A stretch of 63,460 bases of DNA, filler included, from Perkinsus chesapeaki ATCC PRA-425 (lineage: Eukaryota; Protista; Perkinsozoa): the NCBI GenBank assembly GCA_013115145.1. It is 9 parts of 9 records of this genome, joined end to end, with 100 filler letters (N's around TTAATTAATTAA, not from the genome) between each part and the next. Parts side by side here need not be neighbours in the genome. Positions count along the whole stretch, not along the records: positions 22,690 to 36,743 come from JAAPAO010000762.1; 8 more parts are not named here. The stretch is one strand, 5' to 3'. Of the stretch, positions 24,301-36,843 are shown one piece after another (positions within the stretch are counted from its first letter, which is position 1; every line of letters starts with the position of its first letter). The translations under genes and the position numbers were made by a program. The notes under the pieces are model-generated. The model saw nothing but the letters and a program-made list of their open reading frames with translations, searched no databases and was not told the origin of the DNA.

Positions 24301-27300
24301 ACGAAAGTGAAAATTCTGAAAATAATGTTATTCTAGAAAATGCATGTGCCTGTTGTCTCACTCTTGTAGAAACTTTTCTCGTACCTCGTGGTAATATAAG
24401 GGCTAGAGCTTACTCCCAGGTGCAATTGAACTTAGCGCAAATTCGTTTATGTCAGACATGCTTTTTATATGTGTGTGTAGAGAATAATCGGTTAGTCGTG
24501 CCTAACAATAACGCGGGACTTAATCAACTGCAACAGCCCATCGATAATGCGGGAATTAATCAGCAGCAACAACAGCCCATCATCGGCGATGACGATGACG
24601 CGTCTAGCAACGCGTCGTCTGACTCATCATCTTCCTCTGAGGATGATGACGATCAACCAAATCGTCCAAACAATAAATATTTGAAATGGCAATACGGATG
24701 GCGAGGATTTCTAACACATTTCATTCTAAATTCGGCTAATGTGAGTGAACTACGAACACGTTTAGCATATGTACCGCTCGGATATTCCAGCTTATGGGGC
24801 CAGACATTCCTGCAAAGGCTACGTAGCAAGAACAGACTATCTGTCGCGCAGTATCACTTTGTTGCGAATAACATTCAAAGGAAAGTTGTAGATATTTCTG
24901 GAGACATTCAGAAATATAACGAAGCTATAAGCACTGGTAAACTCGCTCAATTAGCATCTGAACTCGACAGAACAGCACTGCCAACAACACGTTGTCCCTT
25001 TGGTTGTACCGAGTATATCGAGAGCGTGGGATCCATCCCTTATAATCATTTCTTACGTTGGGCGTTCCCACATATAACTGCATTTTCCGCAAACGCAGAT
25101 TTGCACCTAAAAGGAGCCCGAACGGACTTTACAAATCCCACCCAGCATTTTGGCCAAACGGTTAGGGCATCTGTACGTGTCACAGTAGAACATGGGCTTG
25201 TCTTGTGTACATGTAGGGACCACGATAGAGGTTCTTCTAAATCATATGTACACGCACCACAGAATCCACACGGCACTTTACCAAACGCCTATAGTGATCG
25301 GCTTGCACCAGTAATATTTGCCCCTAAGCCATTTCGAGGTATGCAAGCAAAGTATGCCTCGCATACATGGCAAATGAGGACGGTGCAAGGGGGTTTCAGC
25401 GGCTTGTCTTCCTTTTCTTTGACAACCAAGCCAAAGTGGAACATCAGATCAAAGCGTCATGCCGAGTTCGAAAAATTGTTCCTGCATGGTAGGCCTGAGT
25501 TAAATTCTTTCGTGAATACCACGTATCGTGACGATCCTGATTTCAAACCAACTCAAGAGTCTTTAGATAAGCTCCCAGTACCTAACCAGGAGAGCCAAGA
25601 TAAGGCTCTGGCAGGGTCGACTTATGTGTCTTTGTCGGAATCGATAAATTTACTACACGGTATGAAACAAAAAATATCGGCGCAGGTAATTGACAATGCT
25701 GAGGAAGCAGCGGACCCAGCAGAAGAAGAACATGCTGATGAGGCTGGTCAGCAGGCACAACAAGAACAGGCAAACGAAGTAGTTCGTCATAATGTTACTT
25801 GGCCGGCCGATTATGCTAAGGCTCAACGCTGTGATGAGTACGGGGATCCACCTCATCCGATCAATACTTTCACAGGAAAGTTTGTTCCCTTAGTTTGGGT
25901 ATTCATCAGGATGTTCTCATTCATCCCTTTAGTATGGCACAATTTTGCGGCCGCCCTACCAATAGCGGAAGAAGATGCGGAGGAGCTTTCCACACTCAAT
26001 GCGTGCAAAGCCTTTTTGTCGACCTTCCTCCCGAGAAGTATGACTTCTACTAAATTCTCTCGTGGTGGTATCCACAGAGGAAATGTGATCAGCGTGCAAG
26101 ACGCTATCAGAGCTAGGGCTACAACCGTTCATGGTCTCATTCCTAACGCGAATGCCGATGCTAGCTGTTTCGACACTTCGATCATTCTTGCACGATTCCT
26201 CAAAACATTACCTAATACACACGTCACTTATGTCGCGTCTAGAGGGACACATATAAATAGTCAGTTCATTGCGCAAACCCTTCATCAAATACCTGACGAT
26301 GAAGCACGACAAAGATGTTCAGTAATCTCAATTTGCACTACCGCTGCAGCTACCACAATAGCCCGTGCAGCTCGTCCAGATATCAAAATACATCTTGAGG
26401 ATTCAGCATGGGAACTTGTAGCTATAATTCGTGCTGACGGCAACGCCAATAGTCCTTGGGATAATCCACAAGGAGGCCAAGCTCGCGACCGTAAATGGGA
26501 TGCTGAGTGCTTTCTCAGAAATTTGGGTGATCATCCGTTGTGGTTCAAGTGCTGTAATAAAACGACTGTTGAAAGATTACCGGCGCCCACGGAAACCAGC
26601 TTGCGCGGCGCTTACACCACGTGGCGAACGCTAGTGTATGTTCGCACATCAGGAGGATACCTAGCTCGTAACAAGCTGCAATATTTACAATTCACGGGCG
26701 GCCAAGGCTGTATGATTTGTCATAACCACGAGACCCCGCTTATTATTACTCCTCCAACAGACTCCAACGCACTGAAGCCTAAATGCTGTTTCAAAAACGG
26801 TGCTGGTGATTTCACTTGTAATCGGGTTGCTAAGTGGTCGTGCCCTTCCGATAACTGCTCTGCTTCACTTTGTCGTCTCCACAGCAAACAGTTATTGGAT
26901 GAAACTAACGTAGATTCACCGATATATCGTATTTTTCCTCGCCCACACCAAAATGTATTACCGGAAGAAATTAACGACATGCAGAACCTCGTCGATGAGG
27001 AGCTACTCGATGATCCATTAGGCAACTTGATCAACGAGCAGCATGAGGAAGATTCAGATAATTCGGTCTTGGGAGATGAGGGCCCTGACGTCATTCTCGA
27101 CGGCGCCTTCGAGGTTGACGAGCCAGTACAAGATGAAGACTTGGATGATAACGAGGCTCACATACCTGAGACTAATTCTGCAGACACACCAGTCATGGTT
27201 GATGGGAGTTCTGGAGTGCCTGGACATTTCTTATTAAACAAGCATTATGCCCTCCTAAATCGGCCAGGTTCCACTAATTACATTTCTGCCAGATCGGGTT

Positions 27301-30300
27301 CTTTCTTTCAGCGCTTAACTTGTAGATTTGCTGGTGCTTCTATACCTATCCTGTACCCTGAGGGAATGTTGTTCCCTAGCATATTCTGGAAATCTCTAAC
27401 TGATGGCACAGTGATCGGGGCACTTCCACACTGCCTTTGGAATACTCCAGTTGCTTGTAAGAAAGCAGGTTTTGCTTCGCTTAACGAACACATTAAGACT
27501 CGTCTCACTGATCCCACACTTCTTACCTCGACCGACCCCCGTGCCATTCAGTTCTATTTCGATGCACTTTTCAACCTTCAGTTATCCACTAGTGACACTC
27601 GTATCATATTATCCCGAGGATGGGAACATTTATCAAGTGACCCATCCACATTCCAAACTATACAAGCCGAAGGGCGTTTACCATTCGGTGAAGCTGATTC
27701 ACGTAAACGCGTTAATGAACTGGCTGCAGAAATCGCGCGCGAACAACCGACGTATTTTTATACACATAGTTGTAATCAATCAGAGCATTTCGGTGTTCGT
27801 CCTATCTTTCAGTGGTTGGAGGACAACTACGCTCTTGCGTCGGAAGAAGATCGCAACGCTGCGGTTCAGTCCGCTCTGGTTCCGATCCTACGAGCTTGGC
27901 AAAGAGCTGGCACTCATTTAATGAAATACATAGAAACTTCTCCTGAGCAGCCCTTGGGTCCAGTGAAAAAAATCTGGTGGAGGTGGGAATTCCAGACGAC
28001 CAGGGGTAACTTGCCTCATATCCATGCTCTCATATGGACTGGCGAAGACCCCAAATCTGTAGAAGTACAGCGTAGGGTAAAGGCCAAACTTAGTCATTGT
28101 TTCTCCGATCTTCAGTCTTTCATCGACGCAGGACTAATCGATAATTACCGGCACGCCATGAAACTTAGAAAGCTTGCAGAAACTATACATGAGCATGATT
28201 GCGCTAAAGGTAACTACCGTTGTTGCAAGAAAAGGGATCGAGACGGGAAGAAAATATGTCGCTTCCCTAAACGACCAGCGACCCATTTATATTCAACCAA
28301 GGAAATTCATGTGCAACATTCAGAAAAGGCACTGGAAATTTTGAAAAATTGCGGTCTTGCGGAACAGCGCAATAATATATTTGGGCACGAGGATACTGTG
28401 CTTACTGCAGAGCTAAGACCGGAAAAGCACATGTATCCTGCCGATTCCCATGCTCGGTTTTCCCCGATGAATGACTGGATTTTCGCAGCCGCCAGGAGTA
28501 GTGACAACCTTCAAATCTGTAGCCCTGCTTTCACTGCCCGCTATCTCGCCAAGTACGCTGCGGGCGAAGAAGAGCGAGCGAAAGCGTTTTTGAAAGCGGG
28601 TAAGGATGCTAATACGCTGAATATTCAGCAGGAAGATATTCGCAATACAAAAGTGACAGGAGCAGCAATCTCAGCTGCAAATGATAAAGCGAAACAGCGA
28701 CAAGACACTGCTATAGAAGGGCGAACTCTCTCACTTACTGAAGCAGTTTGGTGGATTCTAGGATTCCCGTATGTCAGTTTATGCTCGAACTACATACACA
28801 TCAATACTGGCTTTAAACAAGATCGAGGAGGTGTTATAAAACACGAACGAGAGAGAGTTCGCGCAGGTGCAGAGGGAGAAGAAGTTTCAGGGTTTATAGC
28901 TCGTCAAAATTTACATTTCCCACCAGAACGACAGTTTAGTGACCCACAGCGTCTGACGATTCTGGATTGCATGACCAGTAACATAACACCTGACGCTATT
29001 TCCAAGTTTAGTGCCAGGCCTCCAGAGCTAATGTTCATCAACTCACTAGTCGACTATTTTGAGTGCGTAGCCCGTTTGCCAGTCAAGAAATGCCGGGTGC
29101 GTAATGCTGGGGAAGGTTTGAGTGTTCAGGCGGCTCTCCTACGACTTAGCATTCAGCAGTGTCCCTGGATTGACGGTTTCGACAAAGAGATAAAACTTTT
29201 GCCTGCCAAGGTTCGACGGGTCAAAGAACTTGCTGAAGCATACCGAGACGATTTAGCCAACTCTTTGCAACAAAGGCAATTAGTAGCATCTCTTTTACAG
29301 CACATTCTCGAACCGCTACTTTTGGATCAACCATCTCAGGATCTTTTAGATCGCTTCGTTCACCAGTCTAATTCACTACCACATATTGCAGTGTTGTCCA
29401 ATCCATTACCCAGATTTGCAGACAGGTTTCTCATTCATATAGTACTGTCTTTAGGCAAAATCACATCTGAAGTAGAAGTTTTCTCTGTTCCGCATTTGCG
29501 TCTTTCTTTCAAAGCAGTTGGATTGATACAGGACGCGGCCAATCCAACCGAGCAAGAAGTTTANNNNNNNNNNNNNNNNNNNNNNNNNNNNNNNNNNNNN
29601 NNNNNNNNNNNNNNNNNNNNNNNNNNNNNNNNNNNNNNNNNNNNNNNNNNNNNNNNNNNNNTCCGCATTTGCGTCTTTCTTTCAAAGCAGTTGGATTGAT
29701 ACAGGACGCGGCCAATCCAACCGAGCAAGAAGTTTATGATATTCTCCGGGTTTACGTCCTTAAACAGTTGTTGTATATGCCGGGTGGAACGGTATCATTC
29801 GATAAGCACTTAACATACGCTTATGAAGCACTCTATAGCCTGCTTATCGAGGGCGACCTGCAATTCCAAGCTACACCGTTAGTGCTCCGCCATGAACTTA
29901 CACAAGCGGCTACGGAGGCCTTAGTACAACGAACACGCGAGAGTAAGAAGTCGTTCGCAGAGGCTCTACACTTCCTGTCGAATCCAATTCATGACCTTCC
30001 ACCAGTCGAGGACCTCGTAAATTCAACTATGTCAAATCCCTTAGATTGGCAGCCTGAAATACACAGAGGTGACACGCAGTCATTGGAATCGTTCCATGAG
30101 CAGCAAGAAGCCCTCAGCCTTGGCGTTCGAGCTATCGACTATTACGCTTCAGGTCAGAGAGCTTTTGTTCCTGCACCAGTATTATTAGGTCCTCCGGGGA
30201 GTGGAAAATCCTACATCACGGCCCATTGGGGTGCATATGCTTTAGCAAAAGGCTTGAGCACCATCGTGACAAGTACAGCCAGCGAACGAGCAGCTGCTTT

Positions 30301-32086
30301 AGGCGGAGAGCACATACATCTCATTTTCTCCATCCCAGTTTCTCCATCGCTCTCATCTCGATTACTAGCTGAGAGAGCTCTCACCAGGTTAGCACGAGAC
30401 CCTGTGAAGATGCAATGGCTGAAATCTATTCGTGTCTTAGTATTCGAAGAAATAGGAATGGTCGGCGCTGAGATGCTGGACGTTATAAGTAAAATCTTAC
30501 AGTTTTTGCATAACTCATCTCTTCCGTTTGGAGGTTTACTCTTGCTCGGTAGCGGAGATCCAAACCAGCTTCCCCCAATTAAGCAAACTCTTTTGTGGAC
30601 TAGCCCATCTATTATCACAACCATGCGACTATTCATGCTCAAAAAATTCGTACGATCTTCAACAGACCAGCAATTACAGGAAGTTCTCACCTTGTTCCAA
30701 AAACTCCAGCCAACCGAAGCCGATATCCAACGTATTCAATCTTTAATCCAACAGTACTGTCGCTTCCTCCCGAACTGGAATAACGTTCCGGCAGAGGCGC
30801 TTCAGATATTCGGTCATAGAGAGGCGGAGCAAAAAGCTGTTGCGCGACAGCTACAAAGGATTCAACAAGATCCAACTATTGCCAAGGTGGTTATTGTCTC
30901 TGTCGACCAGTACACTCTGGATGGTGGACACGTTTGGGTACCGGTAAACCAGCCTAGAATTACTAGCAAAATGAACCGTAAACTCCAGGCTCCGTCTAGC
31001 ATAACGCTATTCGNNNNNNNNNNNNNNNNNNNNNNNNNNNNNNNNNNNNNNNNNNNNNNNNNNNNNNNNNNNNNNNNNNNNNNNNNNNNNNNNNNNNNNN
31101 NNNNNNNNNNNATTATGAGGTTCACTTGCAACGACAATCCTAGCAGAAGGGCGTTCCACCAGAGCCAGCTGTGCGTAGTTAAAACATTGCCAGTTGACGA
31201 GGGTAGTTTCATGGTATGGGTAGCTCCGCCGGGGAAACGCACAATACCAATAAACGACCAGCAATTCATCGATGAGGGCTGGAAAGAATTGTCAGTATCT
31301 AAGATCTTCACCATCCCATACCGATTAGAGAGTCACATGATGGTGAGAAGAGAACAATACCCCATCAGACATTATATCGCTGCTACTATTCATAAAGTAA
31401 TGGGTGATACCCTTGGCATGATCGCTACCCAAATTTCAGATAAGAAATCCGCGTACAAATTGTGGCTGAAATCACAACTCTATGTTATAATATCCAGGGT
31501 ACGCGCAATGTCTCATATATATTTCATTGGGGATCTGGGCGAAACCATGAGTGCTATTAGGAATTTACTAGCACAATACACTCAGTGGGAAGGCTACGTT
31601 CGTCATGTGGTTGAGGTTTTAACATCCGCAGGAATGGTGGCAGCACCACCCGTTATATATTTCAATACACGCCCGTTCCGTTCCAGGGATATTCCAATTC
31701 CGGACGATGAAGCTGGCTATGTGTACATCGTTGTTTCAACCAAAAATACAGGGATCTCCTACATTGGGCAAACGAGTCATCTTAGGACACGAATCAACCA
31801 GCATAACGGGATTTCCTCAGCTGGTGGTGCGAATTTCACGGCCAAGGCTCATTTCCGGCCTTGGGGGCTGCTAGCGTATATTGTGGGTTTTGAATTATAC
31901 ATGGACAATGCCGCAAATCGTCAAAGGCGTGAACATGTTGAGCATACCTGGGATTATGTATCAAGAAACAGACATAACGGCCATCCTACTCCTTTACAAA
32001 TTTTGGACGATTGGACCTATGTTTTCGACAATATATTACGCCAACAATTTCCAGATCTCGTCATGGTTCAATGCGGGGATCTCTGA
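23367..32086 (+). CDS. Giant RepHel protein (~2,770 aa): Zn-finger/low-complexity N-terminus, HUH Rep, PIF1 helicase, C-terminal SLX1-like GIY-YIG nuclease
   Basis: Exons 23367-23459, 23510-23557, 23603-23671, 23718-23897, 23943-23993, 24042-end, all phase 0. Rep: YFYTHSCN (27753), WEFQTTRGNLPHIHALIW (~27984-28037), YLAKY (28542). Helicase: GPPGSGKS (30188), FEEIGM, GDPNQLPP, ATIHKVMG, QLYVIISRV. Nuclease: GYVYIVV..YIGQT..RINQHNG..RPW (31715 on). Confidence 0.88.
24122..24300 (+). repeat. Two poly-Ser microsatellites, (TCC/TCA)n and (AGT)n, inside the RepHel N-terminus
   Basis: tcctcctcatcc.. at ~24122-24160 and agtagtagt.. at ~24245-24300. Confidence 0.9.
29489..29736. other. Assembly artefact: 75-bp overlap duplicated either side of an N-gap
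   Basis: 29489-29563 is identical to 29662-29736, flanking Ns at 29564-29661. Collapsing it fuses the two track ORFs in frame (..PHLRLSFKAVGLIQDAANPTEQEVYDILRVY..). Confidence 0.95.
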
Positions 32087-33555
32087 GTCCATCGGAGATC
32101 TCAGCGACACTTTATTATTCTCGCAGTTACTTAGTTATTATTTTAATTCAATTTTTAACCTTCCCCTTGTACATACGGCACGACTAACTCATTTCTCTAA
32201 ATCAAACTAAATTTTTATTATCATTATTTTATATAGCACACTGTAAATGAAGCATGTCTGCGTAAAGATGCGCTGCTACCGTCCCGTTGTAGTATCCCTT
32301 TGCTGGAGAAACAACAGGATGGGCCCTTGAAGTCGTCCTCGGCTCGTGAGGTTCCTACCCCGAAGGGTTACTCACAATGAGCATTTTGTATTCTCCAACG
32401 ACTTCATAGGGTGCTACCTGGTGAGGATGCTCTGCAACCCTTCGGGGTCTATTCGTCTCAATTAGTGACGAGTAGAGCATCTTTCCGCGTATTTCTTATC
32501 TACTGAACTATAGCACTGTACTGGGCTACTTTCTCTTAATTAGACTTCTTGTAAATAATTTAATTTTCTGTTATTAGTTTTAGGTAATTGCATTGACTGT
32601 AATTTGAAGGTAAATGTTTTATTTTTTCATGAGTCAGAGCTAGTTGAATCGGCTGCAGTTCAATCAAGTGATCAATAAGCATGAATATTTGTAACATGTA
32701 CCATTCCATACTGTATATATCTCATATTACTATACCATGTGGTTCACGTTAATTTCTCCCTTTTTAATAAAGTCTGTTATATGTTGTACCATCTTGTGAT
32801 TACTCTGCTCTGAGAACTTTATGTTGCTTTGCTGTGCACTTTTCAGTAAGCCTGGTGCACTGCAATACCGTGTTGATGAGGTACACTTCGAGTCTTAGAG
32901 ATGAAGCTTGTGGTACCGCTCCTTGGACCAATAGTGTTTCTGTAGTTGGGCACAGTCCTTGGTTGCGGAAGTGAATTCTGCTAGGAGGAGTGAAATCTTA
33001 CAACATTGGTTTTGCTTTCATTGGGCGAACTGTTTTGTAAACAGTATTAGCATAGAATTGCTGTATCGTTCCACATCACTCACCAAACTCTTCAATCACA
33101 GACTTACCCTCACTCTCTCTTCTCACGTAAGCAACTGTTACGTTGCGGAGGCCAGGGGCCCCATAGAATGGGGACGGCCGAAGCTCTTACATCACTGAAC
33201 TCATGCTCCCTATGACATAATTGCTACTTTCTTACTAAAATCTCTTGCGTTGCTCTTATGAACAAGCTAATTCGGTCCCAAAGTTCCTAACAGATTGAGT
33301 TTGTTGCCTATAGTTGGCAATTCTTCTCTCTCCGTTCTATCCCCATCGTTGGCTGCGCCGAGCTGCTAATTGCCCACCACCTTATCATAACTTGAACTAT
33401 CAGTAAAGTAAGCATTTGTACCAACATAATTAATTCACTATCACAAACGTAGTGATCCGGAGTTTCGCTACGAAAAGTGTAACTAATTTCAATACTTGTT
33501 ATAGTATTACTGTGCTAAAATCTTAAGATGAAGCGCTTCAACGATTTCTTGTCAG

Positions 33556-35207
33556 ATGCCCATTCTTTCCGATAAAGACCTTTTGGCTTTAACGCAAGCC
33601 CGAGCTATGCGGCGCATAGGTCTCCATGAAGTCCCAATAGAAGGGACCGGTAAGATAAGCACTCACGATTCTACTAAAAAAGCCGTACTCTATGCCCGGC
33701 TCTTACATATAAAATGTGGAACAGCTAATAAACGTGTGACAATCAATCGATCACGTTATGTCCCTGGCGGTGGTGATGGTGGTGCCCCGAAACGCTACTC
33801 CAATGAAGCGGTTTATGATAAATATATGTTATTTATAGATCTTAGTACATTCGAGCCTTTTGCGCTCATTTCCCGAGATTCGGGTATTTCGTCTTACCTT
33901 TTAAAAGTTGAGAATCTCCGAATAGGAGATAAGATATTGTTAACCGAGCCAAGCGGCTGTGGAGTTTTATCGCGAGATCATACACGACTGATAAGCACGG
34001 AGGATAGGATATTGCCAAACCCTTCGCAAGACGTGCCCAGAAACTTACCATTGGAGAGCTCTACGAGATATGGGTACGGATTATATCAAGGGTCCAAGAT
34101 AGAAGCTTTACGATGCGGAGTGGTTTCGGACATTTGTAATGGCTACTTATGTGATTCGATATATAATACTGGTCGCTGTCCATGTGTTCGAAACCCTTCC
34201 CATCCGAACTGGGTTGTGAGTTTGGTTGTTGTGCTGGACGACCTTGATATTGAGCTCGCACTCACGAGTAATCAATTAACCCAGATGTTCGCTACAAATA
34301 ACATTCGGAAGGTATACCACCCTACCTGTGCAAGTCCACGATTTTTGCTTTTTAGCTATCCGTGGAATCCGAGAAGGTTGAGCCGCTGTCTGTCTCTAAC
34401 GTAGTGGATACTATTATAGAGTACGTAAATGATAGAGGAGCTTGGACCGCCGTTATATGGTCCAAAGCATCCCGTGGTGAGGGTGAAGCGAATGCGGTTG
34501 TTAAACCAGCCAAGTACCATCTAGTGCAACTATACCCAACTAACTTATCTGCAGCGGAATGGGAGGCGATCGAAGGGATGAAGTAAGTTCATTTTACACA
34601 TTACTACTATTGGCGATACGACGATTGACGATACGCTGTGGATGTTGCCCATCTTGCTCGCCATATGCAGCTGATGCTTATTGTTTTGCATGTGCCTTAC
34701 TTATTTACATAATATTAATTTCAGATACAACGGTGAGCCGAATAACGAACAACAGCCCGCCAACAATGCTGGCAACCCTCCCGTCAACAATGCTGCCCAA
34801 CAACCCGCTAACAATGCTGCAATGGGTGGAAATAATGGTGCCGCCGGGAATGCTGTGCAAGGGGCAAATAATGGTAGGTTATAGTATTTGAGGGTCCATT
34901 CCCATAAATAGCTTTTCAGCCGGTCTAGCCGGTGTTGGCAATGCTGCAGCCGCTCCTAATTTAGGTCAACTCCCGAATAATGGTAAGATGCTTTTTGGTA
35001 AGTGAGACAACATTGTGTCCCGTAGGTGCAGGGCACGGCGCTAATCAACTCGCGGGAAACGGGAATAATGCGCAAGTAAGATTGTTTGTTTAAAAAAATA
35101 TCCGGTGAATATTACTCACCTTTTAGCCACCACACGGAGCTAACTTAAATAATGGTGGTAATGATAATAACGGTGGCGGGGACAATGTAAAAGTAAGCAC
35201 ACAGTGA
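33556..35207 (+). CDS. Helitron-associated spliced gene: beta-rich Cys-cluster domain (possible OB-fold ssDNA-binding protein) with an Asn/Gly/Ala-rich tail
   Basis: Phase-consistent introns join ..NNIRK^LSVESEK..AIEGMK^YNGEPNN..GANN^AGLAGVG..PNN^GAGHG..NAQ^PPHGANLNNGG. Contains CNGYLCD..RCPC. The OB-fold call is inference. Confidence 0.7.
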
Positions 35208-36743
35208 TCTTGAGGGATATTGGGGTCTTGCTCAGGATGAACACTAACAGTGCTGATGAGAAGAGACGCTCTTCAAGAGAGAGAGAGCGAGAGTAATACG
35301 AGATGGTTTCATTTTTCCGTACAAAAAACCCCCCCAAAAACCATTTCCCAGCTCGTGTTGAGTTCAGTGAAAATCAATTAGCTGCAGAGTCGTTTCAGCA
35401 TACCCCAGTCAGGTGAACAAACTCGTGTATTAGTAGAAGGCATTTATGAGCAAGTCTTTCAACAAAACGACTGTATACTCCAGATTATTACGTTCTTTGT
35501 TTTTCATTAGTTCGCGAGATGAATGGTGGACTCATTGGACTCAATGTGTTTCATGTTTGTCTGATTCGAGGTGCAACAATGTTACCGTTTCCCTCCGAAT
35601 ATCTTATCTAACGACGTTAGACTAACGTAATCATGCGCATATAACTAGTACCAACAGTTTATCACTACAGGCCACCGTTTTCGAATCTGTATATCTGGCC
35701 CACCGCCTAATTCCCTCGCAGCTAAAGGCCATGATGGCCTGGCCATCGGTAACCATGCGCTCCTTATCCTGTACCCTATGCGTATTACTAGCTGTGTACT
35801 CGCTCTCTCAGTGCCATGGCGTTGGTAAGGGAATGATCGAAGACGGAACAACCTACTACGTACGTATAAATCGCTGCAAGTTGTATCTTATGACCTAAGA
35901 ATCAGGGTAATATAATATGTGATTGTGGATACTTGAGCACAAACATTTAGACTACAATCACATCTCTCACACAGATGGTAGAATTAACCAAACACGTCTG
36001 AAAAATATAACTTCTCGAACTCGTCGAGATCTCTGAAAATCTGATAGGCTCGCGGTAAAACCACTTGTAATCAGGTAGTCTTTGATACTAGCTTAGCGTT
36101 CATAGATTACTGGAAATCAACTCTTGACAGGTTGCTTCAATGGGTATTCATTTCCCCTCCAACGTGCAGCACAGTAGACCGCTTCGTCTAAATATCACGT
36201 GGCCTTTGAGGGTTCTCTTTTCGATGACTATGTCTTATATCTAGCGTGCACTGGAAATTTTAGTAGGTTTTGCTGCCCGTTGTTATCACACGATTCACTC
36301 GTGCTTGAAGTATTCAAAATTGGTATTGCCAATTACTCTCATCAGGGTTTATTACTCTCTTCCAAGGGCAAGTTGTGACAAACCTACAAAAAGATCACTT
36401 TCCCTGTTTCATAATTGTCTTGTATATTGATTATATTCGTTATATTGACCAACTCGCAGAATTTCACACTAATAAAACCACCATTCTTCGTTTACGACAC
36501 GTCTATCTATTGTTCAAGAACAATGTGCCTGAACAAGTATTTCAGCTATATTCAGTATTCATAGTCTATTAAAACATTGAGTATATTCCGACAGGGAATA
36601 AATAATTAATCATAAATTAGACTTGTTCATATTTTCTAGTGTTTAATAGAGTATATATTAGCTAACTACCTCTCTATAGTTCCAAAAGTTTGATTGCCAG
36701 GTTACTCGCTTAACTCATCGTATTCAAGCGCCTCTATTCAGAT

Positions 36744-36843
36744 NNNNNNNNNNNNNNNNNNNNNNNNNNNNNNNNNNNNNNNNNNNNTTAATTAATTAAN
36801 NNNNNNNNNNNNNNNNNNNNNNNNNNNNNNNNNNNNNNNNNNN
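36744..36843. other. Artificial scaffold linker
   Basis: 44 N + TTAATTAATTAA + 44 N. Confidence 0.98.

Larger units (their letters stand above)
23367..35207 (+). mobile_element. Helitron-like rolling-circle transposon (RepHel-GIY-YIG gene plus accessory gene); termini not located
   Basis: HUH Rep motifs and PIF1 helicase motifs occur in one polypeptide, the diagnostic Helitron arrangement. A co-oriented second gene follows. Confidence 0.85.

Noticed and set aside
35733-35747. GATGGCC-T-GGCCATC hairpin as the Helitron 3' terminal hairpin
   Set aside because: No CTRR follows at the expected distance, the loop is 1 nt, and it sits in a possibly coding stretch. Termini cannot be assigned from one copy.
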